Source: Macrostomum lignano (Eukaryota). From it: DNA of 64,000 nt. Location of the stretch: assembly GCA_002269645.1 (NCBI GenBank), contig NIVC01002611.1:1-64000 (forward strand), given 5' to 3'. Below the pieces are notes generated by a model. That model was given only the letters and a program-made list of their open reading frames with translations, was not told the DNA's origin and searched no databases. Positions 11,126 through 25,500 of the stretch are shown here, piece after piece; position 1 is the stretch's first letter, and every line of letters starts with the position of its first letter. Both the position numbers and the translations under genes were made by a program.

Positions 11126-12439
11126 AGGCAATGCCTTAGGCAATGGAGAATCCAAATGGTGGTTACTTACGATTGAGTGAAATTATGATATTGCATATGA
11201 AAGCTTCATCAAGAGCAAGTCGTCTCTGAATAATATATAGGTGAGCGCAGCCAATCACACAGAGGTGAGTACAGTTTATTAGCCGAGGGCGAGCGCCCAC
11301 GCGAATCTGTAAAAGCTGGAATAGGCGCGCTGATCGAATGGCAATATTTGACAGAAAATACCCTATCAAGGATGCCTGGATAATAGCCTCTGGACTGGAA
11401 CCGGGACAAAAACAAGTAATATATATCTCGGCTAAACTCTAACGTAACAATAATAATAATGATAACGTAATTTTTTTAATACATGTCAGCGTTTTTGTTG
11501 ATAATATTAATAATCCAATTAACTACTATACCAGAGGCGCCGCGACCCCTGGTTCGATTCCGTTTGTGGCTTGTGTGCGGGATAAATTGGCCGGGAGGTT
11601 GTCGTGCGATTCGCAGCCATGAGGACCAACCACCGAAGCACATGTGCTGAGAATTGAGTTTCAAAGAGTTAATAAATTCAGCGATTCAGCGACCAATTAA
11701 ATTTTCCGCTCGTTTCTAGTCCGGGATGCTGCTACTTGGAGGTCCACGAATCTAGACAGGTGTCTTTGATACCCTTATTTTGCAACCTTCTTTTTTATCA
11801 TCTGATTCCTCTTCTAATCTCGAGTCCCTCGAATTTTTCTGTCAAGGAGACTCGATCAGTAATTGGTGTAGAATCTGGAATTTCAACTTCAATCGTCTTC
11901 AAAGTTATAAATTAAAAGCAATTTTCATTGGAGTCCTCGCTCCAGGTTCTAGATTTGATCAAATTAAGTTGTCCTTGTACGCCGCCCTCTCCCGCATCCC
12001 ACCATCAAGGAGGACACAGCAGCGCCCTTGCAGGGGTCAGCTGCGAAGTAGACATAACTGCGGGTCGATATTTGTGCCGTCTTGTTTTACTGCAGTGCCC
12101 AAGCCACCCACCCCCCCCCCCCCGGCGGACGGCAGGCCACGTTTAACTGCGAACTGCTCAAAGCGTTGTTTTGTACTCGGGCTTCACATTCTTCTCTCGC
12201 TACTTGTTAGTAGGCCAACTATTAAGTAAACTGTTTGCTATATAAAGATGAACAATAAAGGCCAGGTATACACTAACTTGTTTGTCTTTTATAGCACGAT
12301 CAACTTATAAGAAGTTAGAGTTTAATTCTGATTTTGGAATTCGAAACTTGCAGTAGAAAGAAAAACTAATTGTGCGCTAGTATCCCCGAATTTTGAAACT
12401 CTGCGCTTTTCTGTTTACTGTTTATGGCAGTTTCCACAG

Positions 12440-12950
12440 TTTCTGCAAAGCTCGGTCGTAGGTTGGAGGTTCCAGATAGGAAGCTCGGTCGTAGGGCGGA
12501 GGTTCCAGATGGGAAGCTCGGTCGTAGGGTGGAGGTTCCAGATAGGAAGCTCGGTCGTAGGGCGGAGGTTCCAGATGGGAAGCTCGGTCGTAGGGCGGAG
12601 GTTCCAGATGGGAAGCTCGGTCGTAGGGTGGAGGTTCCAGATGGGAAGCTTGGTTGTAGGGTGGAGGTTCCAGATGGGAAGCTTGGTTGTAGGGTGGAGG
12701 TTCCAGATGGGAAGCTTGGTTGTAGGGTGGAGGTTCCAGATGGGAAGCTTGGTTGTAGGGTGGAGGTTCCAGATGGGAAGCTTGGTTGTAGAGTGGAAGT
12801 TCCAGAACGGATGCTCGGTTGTAGGGTGGGAGTTCCAGAACGGATGCTCGGTTGTAGGGTGGGAGTTCCAGAACGGATGCTCGGTTGTAGGGTGGGAGTT
12901 CCAGAACGGATGCTCGGTTGTAGGGTGGGAGTTCCAGAACGGAAGCCTGG
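12440..12950. repeat. 33-bp minisatellite, about 15 copies in three variant blocks
   Basis: Unit gtagggtggaggttccagatgggaagcttggtt; the variants ctcggtc, cttggtt and ccagaacggatgctc are clustered in order. Confidence 0.95.
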
Positions 12951-13505
12951 TTGGTGTGCTGACAAATAATTGGAAATGATGCAATGAATTTTTGGAGTAA
13001 AAAGTTTCTTGAAATACAAACGCAGTCTTTCGCAAATACGGTCTGTTACATTAGTTGTATTTGTATTGCTGTTAAAATTAGATTTTCTGTTGTGGCGATA
13101 CCTGGTACACTTTAATAAAATATTTAATAATTGTATTAATATATAAATTACATGTAATAAATACGAGGCTAAGAGCTAGGGTTAGACAGACACGGCGCTG
13201 CAATATTAGTTCTATTAATTACAATCGTAAGTCAAATGAAAATGCCGATGGGCGCCTAGGCTGCCTGATTGATTAAGGCTTTGACAACGAAATCTTTGCA
13301 GTATAGTGTTGAGAAACTTTGTCAAATGCCGTAATAAGCGCATATGCAATACTGTATAACTATAAATTATAGCGCAGGGCATAATTTTGGGATTCTCGTG
13401 TAATTAATCAGCTCACTGGGATAACAAATAATTTAAGTTGTAGACTATTGTTAAAATTAATTACCGATGGAAATTGCCATTCAATAAAAAATCGACTTTT
13501 GAAAC

Positions 13506-16500
13506 TTAAGTTTCCTGACTCAAGCCCGCCGACTCAAGTTCCCTGACTCAAGTTCCCTGACTCAAGTTCCCTGACTCAAGTTCCCTGACTCAAGTTCCCT
13601 GACTCAAGCTCCCTGACTCAAGTTCCCTGACTCAAGCCCGCTGACTAGAGCTCCCTGACTCAAGCTCCCTGACTCAAGTTACTACTGACTAAAGTTACCG
13701 CTGATTCAAGTTTCCGCTGATTCAAGTTCCCTGACTCAAGTTCCCTGACTCAAGTTCCCTGACTCAAGTTCCCTGACTCAAGTTCCCTGACTCAAGCTCC
13801 CTGACTCAAGTTCCCTGACTCAAGCCCGCTGACTCAAGCTCCCTGACTCAAGCTCCCTGACTCAAGTTACTACTGACTAAAGTTACCGCTGATTCAAGTT
13901 CCCGCTGATTCAAGTTCCCGCTGAGTCAAGTTCCCGCTGATTCAAGTTCCCGCTGATTCAAGTTCCCGCTGACTCAAGCACCCTGACTCAAGCCCCCTGA
14001 CTCAAGCCCGCTGACTCAAGTTCCCGCTGATTCAAGCACCCTGACTCAAGCCCGCTGACTCAAGTTCCCTGACTCAAGCCCGCTGACTCAAGTTCCCTGA
14101 CTCAAGCCCGCTGACTCAAGCCCGCTGACTCAAGCTCCCTGACTCAAGTTCCCTGACTCAAGTTCCCTGACTCAAGTTCCCTGACTCAAGTTCCCTGACT
14201 CAAGTTCCCTGACTCAAGCTCCCTGACTCAAGTTCCCTGACTCAAGCCCGCTGACTCAAGCTCCCTGACTCAAGCCCGCTGACTCAAGCTCCCTGACTCA
14301 AGTTCCTACTGACTAAAGTTACCGCTGATTCAAGTTCCCGCTGATTCAAGTTCCCGCTGAGTCCAGTTCCCGCTGACTCAAGCTCCCTGACTCAAGCCCG
14401 CTGACTCAAGTTCCCTAACTCAAGCTCCCTGACTCAAGCTCCCTGACTCAAGCTCCCTGACTCAAGTTCCCTGACTCAAGTTCCCTGACTCAAGCCCGCT
14501 GACTCAAGCTCCCTGACTCAAGCCCGCTGACTCAAGCTCCCTGACTCAAGTTCCTACTGACTAAAGTTACCGCTGATTCAAGTTCCCGCTGATTCAAGTT
14601 CCCGCTGAGTCCAGTTCCCGCTGACTCAAGCTCCCTGACTCAAGCCCGCTGACTCAAGTTCCCTAACTCAAGCTCCCTGACTCAAGCTCCCTGACTCAAG
14701 CTCCCTGACTCAAGTTCCCTGACTCAAGCTCCCTGACTCAAGCCCGCTGACTCAAGTTCCCGCTGATTCAAGTTCCCGCTGACTCAAGTTCCCGCTGACT
14801 CAAGCTCCCTGACTCAAGCCCGCTGACTCAAGTTCCCTAACTCAAGCTCCCTGACTCAAGCTCCCTGACTCAAGCTCCCTGACTCAAGTTCCCTGACTCA
14901 AGCTCCCTGACTCAAGCCCGCTGACTCAAGTTCCCGCTGATTCAAGTTCCCGCTGACTCAAGTTCCCGCTGACTCAAGCTCCCTGACTCAAGCCCGCTGA
15001 CTCAAGTTCCCGCTGACTCGAGTTCCCGCTGACTCAAGCACCCTGACTCAAGCCCGCTGACTCAAGTTCCCTGACTCAAGCCCGCTGACTCAAGCCCGCT
15101 GACTCAAGCTCCCTGACTCAAGCTTCCTGACTCAAGTTCCCTGACTCAAGCTCCCTGACTCAAGCCCGCTGACTCAAGTTCCCGCTGATTCAAGTTCCCG
15201 CTGACTCAAGCTCCCTGACTCAAGTTCCCTGACTCAAGCTCCCTGACTCAAGCCCGCTGACTAAAGTTCCCGCTGATTCAAGTTCCCGCTGACTCAAGCA
15301 CCCTGACTCAAGCCCGCTGACTCAAGTTCCCTGACTTAAGCTCCCTGACTCAAGCTCCCTGACTCAAGCTCCCTGACTCAAGTTCCCTGACTCAAGCTCC
15401 CTGACTCAAGCCCGCTGACTCAAGTTCCCGCTGATTCAAGTTCCCGCTGACTCAAGCACCCTGACTCAAGCCCGCTGACTCAAGTTCCCTGACTCAAGCC
15501 CGCTGACTCAAGTTCCCTGACTCAAGCTCCCTGACTCAAGTTCCCTGAATCAAGTTCCCTGACTCAAGTTCCCTGACTCAAGCCCGCTGACTAAAGTTCC
15601 CGCTGATTCAAGTTCCCGCTGACTCAATCACCCTGACTCAAGCCCGCTGACTCAAGTTCCCTGACTCAAGCTCCCTGACTCAAGTTCCCTGACTCAAGCT
15701 CCCTGACTCAAGTTCCCTGACTCAAGCTCCCTGACTCAAGCCCGCTGACTCAAGTTCCCGCTGATTCAAGTTCCCGCTGACTCAAGCACCCTGACTCAAG
15801 CCCGCTGACTCAGGTTCCCTGACTCAAGCCCGCTGACTCAAGCCCGCTGACTCAAGTTCCCTGACTCAAGTTCCCTGACTCAAGCCCGCTGACTCAAGTT
15901 CCCGCTGATTCAAGTTCCCGCTGACTCAAGCACCCTGACTCAAGCCCGCTGACTCAAGTTCCCTGACTCAAGCTCCCTGACTCAAGCCCGCTGACTAAAG
16001 TTCCCGCTGATTCAAGTTCCCGCTGACTCAAGCACCCTGACTCAAGCCCGCTGACTCAAGTTCCCTGACTCAAGCTCCCTGACTCAAGCTCCCTGACTCA
16101 AGCTCCCTGACTCAAGTTCCCTGACTCAAGCTCCCTGACTCAAGCCCGCTGACTCAAGTTCCCGCTGATTCAAGTTCCCGCTGACTCAAGTTCCCGCTGA
16201 CTCAAGCACCCTGACTCAAGCCCGCTGACTCAAGTTCCCGCTGACTCAAGTTCCCGCTGACTCAAGCACCCTGACTCAAGCCCGCTGACTCAAGTTCCCG
16301 CTGAGTCAAGTTCCCGCTGATTCAAGTTCCCGCTGATTCAAGTTCCCGCTGACTCAAGCTCCCTGACTCAAGCCCGCTGACTCAAGTTCCCTAACTCAAG
16401 CTCCCTGACTCAAGCTCCCTGACTCAAGCTCCCTGACTCAAGTTCCCTGACTCAAGCTCCCTGACTCAAGCCCGCTGACTCAAGTTCCCGCTGATTCAAG

Positions 16501-19500
16501 TTCCCGCTGACTCAAGTTCCCGCTGACTCAAGCTCCCTGACTCAAGCCCGCTGACTCAAGTTCCCGCTGACTCAAGTTCCCGCTGACTCAAGCACCCTGA
16601 CTCAAGCCCGCTGACTCAAGTTCCCGCTGACTCAAGCCCGCTGACTCAAGCCCGCTGACTCAAGTTCCCTGACTCAAGCTCCCTGACTCAAGTTCCCTGA
16701 CTCAAGCTCCCTGACTCAAGCCCGCTGACTAAAGTTCCCGCTGATTCAAGTTCCCGCTGACTCAAGCACCCTGACTCAAGCCCGCTGACTCAAGCTCCCT
16801 GACTCAAGTTCCCTGACTCAAGCTCCCTGACTCAAGCTCCCTGACTCAAGTTTCCTGACTCAAGCTCCCTGACTCAAGCCCGCTGACTCAAGTTCCCGCT
16901 GATTCAAGTTCCCGCTGACTCAAGCACCCTGACTCAAGCCCGCTGACTCAAGTTCCCTGACTCAAGCTCCCTGACTCAAGCTCCCTGACTCAAGCTCCCT
17001 GACTCAAGTTCCCTGACTCAAGCTCCCTGACTCAAGCCCGCTGACTCAAGTTCCCGCTGATTCAAGTTCCCGCTGACTCAAGTTCCCTGACTCAAGCCCG
17101 CTGACTCAAGTTCCCGCTGATTCAAGTTCCCGCTGACTCAAGCCCGCTGACTCAAGCTCCCTGACTCAAGTTCCCTGACTCAAGTTCCCTGACTCAAGCT
17201 CCCTGACTCAAGTTCCCTGACTCAAGCCCGCTGACTCAAGCTCCCTGACTCAAGCCCGCTGACTCAAGCTCCCTGACTCAAGCCCGCTGACTCAAGCTCC
17301 CTGACTCAAGTTCCTACTGACTAAAGTTATCGCTGAGTCCAGTTCCCGCTGACTCAAGCTCCCTGACTCAAGCCCGCTGACTCAAGTTCCCTAACTCAAG
17401 CTCCCTGACTCAAGCTCCCTGACTCAAGCTCCCTGACTCAAGTTCCCTGACTCAAGCTCCCTGACTCAAGCCCGCTGACTCAAGTTCCCGCTGATTCAAG
17501 TTCCCGCTGACTCAAGTTCCCGCTGACTCAAGCTCCCTGACTCAAGCCCGCTGACTCAAGTTCCCGCTGACTCAAGTTCCCGCTGACTCAAACACCCTGA
17601 CTCAAGCCCGCTGACTCAAGTTCCCGCTGAGTCAAGTTCCCGCTGATTCAAGTTCCCGCTGATTCAAGTTCCCGCTGACTCAAGCCCGCTGACTCAAGCC
17701 CGCTGATTCAAGTTCCCGCTGAGTCAAGTTCCCGCTGATTCAAGTTCCCGCTGATTCAAGTTCCCGCTGACTCAAGCTCCCTGACTCAAGCCCGCTGACT
17801 CAAGTTCCCTAACTCAAGCTCCCTGACTCAAGCTCCCTGACTCAAGCTCCCTGACTCAAGTTCCCTGACTCAAGCTCCCTGACTCAAGCCCGCTGACTCA
17901 AGTTCCCGCTGATTCAAGTTCCCGCTGACTCAAGTTCCCGCTGACTCAAGCTCCCTGACTCAAGCCCGCTGACACAAGTTCCCTGACTCAAGCCCGCTGA
18001 CTCAAGCCCGCTGACTCAAGCTCCCTGACTCAAGCTCCCTGACTCAAGTTCCCTGACTCAAGCTCCCTGACTCAAGCCCGCTGACTCAAGTTCCCGCTGA
18101 TTCAAGTTCCCGCTGACTCAAGCACCCTGACTCAAGCCCACTGACTGAAGTTCCCTGACTCAAGCCCGCTGACTCAAGCCGCTGACTCAAGTTCCCTGAC
18201 TCAAGCTCCCTGACTCAAGCCCGCTGACTCAAGTTCCCGCTGATTCAAGTTCCCGCTGACTCAAGCACCCTGACTCAAGCCCGCTGACTCAAGTTCCCTG
18301 ACTCAAGCTCCCTGACTCAAGTTCCCTGACTCAAGCTCCCTGACTCAAGCCCGCTGACTAAAGTTCCCGCTGATTCAAGTTCCCGCTGACTCAAGCACCC
18401 TGACTCAAGCCCGCTGACTCAAGTTCCCTGACTCAAGCTCCCTGACTCAAGTTCCCTGACTCAAGCTCCCTGACTCAAGTTCCCTGACTCAAGCTCCCTG
18501 ACTCAAGCCCGCTGACTCAAGTTCCCGCTGATTCAAGTTCCCGCTGACTCAAGTTCCCGCTGACTCAAGCACCCTGACTCAAGCCCGCTGACTCAAGTTC
18601 CCTGACTCAAGCCCGCTGACTCAAGCCCGCTGACTCAAGCTCCCTGACTCAAGCTCCCTGACTCAAGTTCCCTGACTCAAGCCCGCTGACTCAAGCCCGC
18701 TGACTCAAGTTCCCTGACTAAAGCTCCCTGACTCAAGCCCGCTGACTCAAGCTCCCTGACTCAAGCCCGCTGACTCAAGCTCCCTGACTCAAGTTCCTAC
18801 TGACTAAAGTTACCGCTGATTCAAGTTCCCGCTGATTCAAGTTCCCGCTGAGTCAAGTTCCCGCTGATTCAAGTTCCCGCTGATTCAAGTTCCCGCTGAC
18901 TCAAGCTCCCTGACTCAAGCTCCCTGACTCAAGTTCCCTGACTCAAGCTCCCTGACTCAAGCCCGCTGACTCAAGTTCACGCTGATTCAAGTTCCCGCTG
19001 ACTCAAGTTCCCGCTGACTCAAGCTCCCTGACTCAAGCCCGCTGACTCAAGTTCCCGCTGACTCAAGCTCCCTGACTCAAGCTCCCTGACTCAAGCTCCA
19101 TTAACTCAAGTTAATGACTCAAGCTCCCTGACTCAAGCCCGCTGACTCAAGTTCCCGCTGATTCAAGTTCCCGCTGACTCAAGCACCCTGACTCAAGCCC
19201 GCTGACTCAAGTTCCCTGACTCAAGCCCGCTGACTCAAGCCCGCTGACTCAAGCTCCCTGACTCAAGCCCGCTGACTCAAGCTCCCTGACTCAAGCTCCC
19301 TGACTCAAGCCCGCTGACTAAAGTTCCCGCTGATTCAAGTTCCCGCTGACTCAAGCACCCTGACTCAAGCCCGCTGACTCAAGTTCCCTGACTCAAGCCC
19401 GCTGACTCAAGCACCCTGACTCAAGCCCGCTGACTCAAGTTCCCGCTGATTCAAGTTCCCGCTGACTCAAGCCCGCTGACTCAAGCCCGCTGACTCAAGC

Positions 19501-22500
19501 CCGCTGACTCAAGCCCGCTGACTCAAGTTCCCTGACTCAAGCTCCCTGACTCAAGTTCCCTGACTCAAGCTCCCTGACTCAAGCCCGCTGACTAAAGTTC
19601 CCGCTGATTCAAGTTCCCGCTGACTCAAGCACCCTGACTCAAGCCCGCTGACTCAAGCTCCCTGACTCAAGTTCCCTGACTCAAGCTCCCTGACTCAAGC
19701 TCCCTGACTCAAGTTTCCTGACTCAAGCTCCCTGACTCAAGCCCGCTGACTCAAGTTCCCGCTGATTCAAGTTCCCGCTGACTCAAGCACCCTGACTCAA
19801 GCCCGCTGACTCAAGTTCCCTGACTCAAGCTCCCTGACTCAAGCTCCCTGACTCAAGCTCCCTGACTCAAGTTCCCTGACTCAAGCTCCCTGACTCAAGC
19901 CCGCTGACTCAAGTTCCCGCTGATTCAAGTTCCCGCTGACTCAAGTTCCCTGACTCAAGCCCGCTGACTCAAGTTCCCGCTGATTCAAGTTCCCGCTGAC
20001 TCAAGCCCGCTGACTCAAGCTCCCTGACTCAAGTTCCCTGACTCAAGTTCCCTGACTCAAGCTCCCTGACTCAAGTTCCCTGACTCAAGTTCCCTGACTC
20101 AAGCTCCCTGACTCAAGTTCCCTGACTCAAGCCCGCTGACTCAAGCTCCCTGACTCAAGCCCGCTGACTCAAGCTCCCTGACTCAAGCCCGCTGACTCAA
20201 GCTCCCTGACTCAAGTTCCTACTGACTAAAGTTACCGCTGATTCAAGTTCCCGCTGATTCAAGTTCCCGCTGAGTCAAGTTCCCGCTGATTCAAGTTCCC
20301 GCTGATTCAAGTTCCCGCTGACTCAAGCACCCTGACTCAAGCCCGCTGACTCAAGTTCCCTAACTCAAGCTCCCTGACTCAAGTTCCCTGAGTCAAGCTC
20401 CCTGACTCAAGTTCCCTGACTCAAGCTCCCTGACTCAAGCCCGCTGACTCAAGTTCCCGCTGATTCAAGTTCCCGCTGACTCAAGTTCCCGCTGACTCAA
20501 GCACCCTAACTCAAGCCCGCTGACTCAAGTTCACTGACTCAAGCCCGCTGACTCAAGCCCGCTGACTCAAGCTCCCTGACTCAAGCTCCCTGACTCAAGT
20601 TCCCTGACTCAAGCCCGCTGACTCAAGCCCGCTGACTCAAGTTCCCTGACTAAAGCTCCCTGACTCAAGCCCGCTGACTCAAGCTCCCTGACTCAAGCCC
20701 GCTGACTCAAGCTCCCTGACTCAAGTTCCTACTGACTAAAGTTACCGCTGATTCAAGTTCCCGCTGATTCAAGTTCCCGCTGAGTCAAGTTCCCGCTGAT
20801 TCAAGTTCCCGCTGATTCAAGTTCCCGCTGACTCAAGCTCCCTGACTCAAGCTCCCTGACTCAAGTTCCCTGACTCAAGCTCCCTGACTCAAGTTCCCTG
20901 ACTCAAGCTCCCTGACTCAAGCCCGCTGACTCAAGCCCGCTGACTCAAGTTCCCGCTGATTCAAGTTCCCGCTGACTCAAGCCCGCTGACTCAAGCCCGC
21001 TGACTCAAGTTCCCTGACTCAAGCTCCCTGACTCAAGTTCCCTGACTCAAGCTCCCTGACTCAAGCCCGCTGACTCAAGTTCCCGCTGATTCAAGTTCCC
21101 GCTGACTCAAGCACCCTGACTCAAGCCCGCTGACTCAAGTTCCCTGACTCAAGCCCGCTGACTCAAGCCCGCTGACTCAAGTTCCCTGACTCAAGCTCCC
21201 TGACTCAAGCCCGCTGACTCAAGTTCCCGCTGATTCAAGTTCCCGCTGACTCAAGCACCCTGACTCAAGCCCTCTGACTCAAGTTCCCTGACTCAAGCTC
21301 CCTGACTCAAGTTCCCTGACTCAAGCCCGCTGACTCAAGCCCGCTGACTCAAGTTCCCTGACTAAAGCTCCCTGACTCAAGCCCGCTGACTCAAGCTCCC
21401 TGACTCAAGCCCGCTGACTCAAGCTCCCTGACTCAAGTTCCTACTGACTAAAGTTACCGCTGATTCAAGTTCCCGCTGATTCAAGTTCCCGCTGAGTCAA
21501 GTTCCCGCTGATTCAAGTTCCCGCTGATTCAAGTTCCCGCTGACTCAAGCTCCCTGACTCAAGCTCCCTGACTCAAGTTCCCTGACTCAAGCTCCCTGAC
21601 TCAAGCCCGCTGACTCAAGTTCCCGCTGATTCAAGTTCCCGCTGACTCAAGCCCGCTGACTCAAGCCCGCTGACTCAAGTTCCCTGACTCAAGCTCCCTG
21701 ACTCAAGTTCCCTGACTCAAGCTCCCTGACTCAAGCCCGCTGACTCAAGTTCCCGCTGATTCAAGTTCCCGCTGACTCAAGCACCCTGACTCAAGCCCGC
21801 TGACTCAAGTTCCCTGACTCAAGCCCGCTGACTCAAGCCCGCTGACTCAAGTTCCCTGACTCAAGCTCCCTGACTCAAGCCCGCTGACTCAAGTTCCCGC
21901 TGATTCAAGTTCCCGCTGACTCAAGCACCCTGACTCAAGCCCTCTGACTCAAGTTCCCTGACTCAAGCTCCCTGACTCAAGTTCCCTGACTCAAGCTCCC
22001 TGACTCAAGCCCGCTGACTCAAGTTCCCTGACTCAAGCTCCCTGACTCAAGCTCCCTGACTCAAGCCCGCTGACTCAAGTTCCCGCTGATTCAAGTTCCC
22101 GCTGACTCAAGCACCCTGACTCAAGCCCGCTGACTCAAGTTCCCTGACTCAAGCTCCCTGACTCAAGTTCCCTGACTCAAGCTCCCTGACTCAAGCCCGC
22201 TGACTCAAGTTCCCTGACTCAAGCTCCCTGACTCAAGCTCCCTGACTCAAGTTCCCGCTGACTCAAGCACCCTGACTCAAGCCCGCTGACTCAAGTTCCC
22301 GCTGATTCAAGTTCCCGCTGACTCAAGCCCGCTGACTCAAGCCCGCTGACTCAAGTTTCTTGACTCAAGCTCCGTGACTCAAGTTCCCTGACTCAAGCTC
22401 CCTGACTCAAGCCCGCTGACTAAAGTTCCCGCTGATTCAAGTTCCCGCTGACTCAAGCTCCCTGACTCAAGCCCGCTGACTCAAGTTCCCTGACTCAAGC

Positions 22501-25500
22501 TCCCTGACTCAAGCTCCCTGACTCAAGCCCGCTGACTCAAGCTCCCTGACTCAAGTTCCTACTGACTAAAGTTACCGCTGATTCAAGTTCCCGCTGATTC
22601 AAGTTCCCGCTGAGTCAAGTTCCCGCTGATTCAAGTTCCCGCTGATTCAAGTTCCCGCTGACTCAAGCTCCCTGACTCAAGCCCGCTGACTCAAGTTCCC
22701 TAACTCAAGCTCCCTGACTCAAGCTCCCTGACTCAAGCTCCCTGACTCAAGTTCCCTGACTCAAGCTCCCTGACTCAAGCCCGCTGACTCAAGTTCCCGC
22801 TGATTCAAATTTCCGCTGACTCAAGTTCCCGCTGACTCAAGCACCCTGACTCAAGCCCGCTGACTCAAGTTCCCTGACTCAAGCCCGCTGACTCAAGCCC
22901 GCTGACTCAAGCTCCCTGACTCAAGCTCCCTGACTCAAGTTCCCTGACTCAAGCTCCCTGACTCAAGCCCGCTGACTCAAGTTCCCGCTGATTCAAGTTC
23001 CCGCTGACTCAAGCACCCTGACTCAAGCCCGCTGACTCAAGTTCCCTGACTAAAGCTCCCTGACTCAAGCCCGCTGACTCAAGTTCCCGCTGATTCAAGT
23101 TCCCGCTGACTCAAGCACCCTGACTCAAGCCCGCTGACTCAAGTTCCCTGACTCAAGCTCCCTGACTCAAGTTCCCTGACTCAAGCTCCCTGACTCAAGC
23201 TCGCTGACTAAAGTTCCCGCTGATTCAAGTTCCCGCTGACTCAAGCACCCTGACTCAAGCCCGCTGACTCAAGTTCCCTGACTCAAGCTCCCTGACTCAA
23301 GCTCCCTGACTCAAGCTCCATTAACTCAAGTTAATGACTCAAGCTCCCTGACTCAAGCCCGCTGACTCAAGTTCCCGCTGATTCAAGTTCCCGCTGACTC
23401 AAGCACCCTGACTCAAGCCCGCTGACTCAAGTTCCCTGACTCAAGCCCGCTGACTCAAGCCCGCTGACTCAAGCTCCCTGACTCAAGCCCGCTGACTCAA
23501 GCTCCCTGACTCAAGCTCCCTGACTCAAGCCCGCTGACTAAAGTTCCCGCTGATTCAAGTTCCCGCTGACTCAAGCACCCTGCCTGACTCAAGCCCGCTG
23601 ACTCAAGTTCCCTGACTCAAGCCCGCTGACTCAAGCACCCTGACTCAAGCCCGCTGACTCAAGTTCCCGCTGATTCAAGTTCCCGCTGACTCAAGCCCGC
23701 TGACTCAAGCCCGCTGACTCAAGTTTCTTGACTCAAGCTCCGTGACTCAAGTTCCCTGACTCAAGCTCCCTGACTCAAGCCCGCTGACTAAAGTTCCCGC
23801 TGATTCAAGTTCCCGCTGACTCAAGCTCCCTGACTCAAGCCCGCTGACTCAAGTTCCCTGACTCAAGCTCCCTGACTCAAGCTCCCTGACTCAAGCCCGC
23901 TGACTCAAGCTCCCTGACTCAAGTTCCTACTGACTAAAGTTACCGCTGATTCAAGTTCCCGCTGATTCAAGTTCCCGCTGAGTCAAGTTCCCGCTGATTC
24001 AAGTTCCCGCTGATTCAAGTTCCCGCTGACTCAAGCTCCCTGACTCAAGCCCGCTGACTCAAGTTCCCTAACTCAAGCTCCCTGACTCAAGCTCCCTGAC
24101 TCAAGCTCCCTGACTCAAGTTCCCTGACTCAAGCTCCCTGACTCAAGCCCGCTGACTCAAGTTCCCTGACTCAAGCTCCCTGACTCAAGTTCCCTGACTC
24201 AAGCTCCCTGACTCAAGCCCGCTGACTCAAGTTCCCGCTGATTCAAGTTCCCGCTGACTCAAGCACCCTGACTCAAGCCCGCTGACTCAAGTTCCCTGAC
24301 TCAAGCCCGCTGACTCAAGCCCGCTGACTCAAGTTCCCTGACTCAAGCTCCCTGACTCAAGCCCGCTGACTCAAGTTCCCGCTGATTCAAGTTCCCGCTG
24401 ACTCAAGCACCCTGACTCAAGCCCTCTGACTCAAGTTCCCTGACTCAAGCTCCCTGACTCAAGTTCCCTGACTCAAGCTCCCTGACTCAAGCCCGCTGAC
24501 TCAAGTTCCCTGACTCAAGCTCCCTGACTCAAGCTCCCTGACTCAAGCCCGCTGACTCAAGTTCCCGCTGATTCAAGTTCCCGCTGACTCAAGCACCCTG
24601 ACTCAAGCCCGCTGACTCAAGTTCCCTGACTCAAGCTCCCTGACTCAAGTTCCGTGACTCAAGCTCCCTGACTCAAGCCCGCTGACTCAAGTTCCCTGAC
24701 TCAAGCTCCCTGACTCAAGCTCCCTGACTCAAGTTCCCGCTGACTCAAGCACCCTGACTCAAGCCCGCTGACTCAAGTTCCCGCTGATTCAAGTTCCCGC
24801 TGACTCAAGCCCGCTGACTCAAGCCCGCTGACTCAAGTTTCTTGACTCAAGCTCCGTGACTCAAGTTCCCTGACTCAAGCTCCCTGACTCAAGCCCGCTG
24901 ACTCAAGTTCCCGCTGATTCAAGTTCCCGCTGACTCAAGCTCCCTGACTCAAGCCCGCTGACTCAAGTTCCCTGACTCAAGCTCCCTGACTCAAGCTCCC
25001 TGACTCAAGCCCGCTGACTCAAGCTCCCTGACTCAAGTTCCTACTGACTAAAGTTACCGCTGATTCAAGTTCCCGCTGATTCAAGTTCCCGCTGAGTCAA
25101 GTTCCCGCTGATTCAAGTTCCCGCTGATTCAAGTTCCCGCTGACTCAAGCTCCCTGACTCAAGCCCGCTGACTCAAGTTCCCTAACTCAAGCTCCCTGAC
25201 TCAAGCTCCCTGACTCAAGCTCCCTGACTCAAGTTCCCTGACTCAAGCTCCCTGACTCAAGCCCGCTGACTCAAGTTCCCGCTGATTCAAATTTCCGCTG
25301 ACTCAAGTTCCCGCTGACTCAAGCACCCTGACTCAAGCCCGCTGACTCAAGTTCCCTGACTCAAGCCCGCTGACTCAAGCCCGCTGACTCAAGCTCCCTG
25401 ACTCAAGCTCCCTGACTCAAGTTCCCTGACTCAAGCTCCCTGACTCAAGCCCGCTGACTCAAGTTCCCGCTGATTCAAGTTCCCGCTGACTCAAGCACCC

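Noticed and set aside
11535-11570. tRNA or SINE suggested by the B-box GGTTCGATTCC at about 11551
   Set aside because: No A-box or cloverleaf can be built upstream; at most a truncated SINE fragment.
10415-13035. Repeat-peptide ORFs at 10415-11155 and 12366-13035
   Set aside because: Products of the 32-bp and 33-bp arrays, open in several frames and on both strands.
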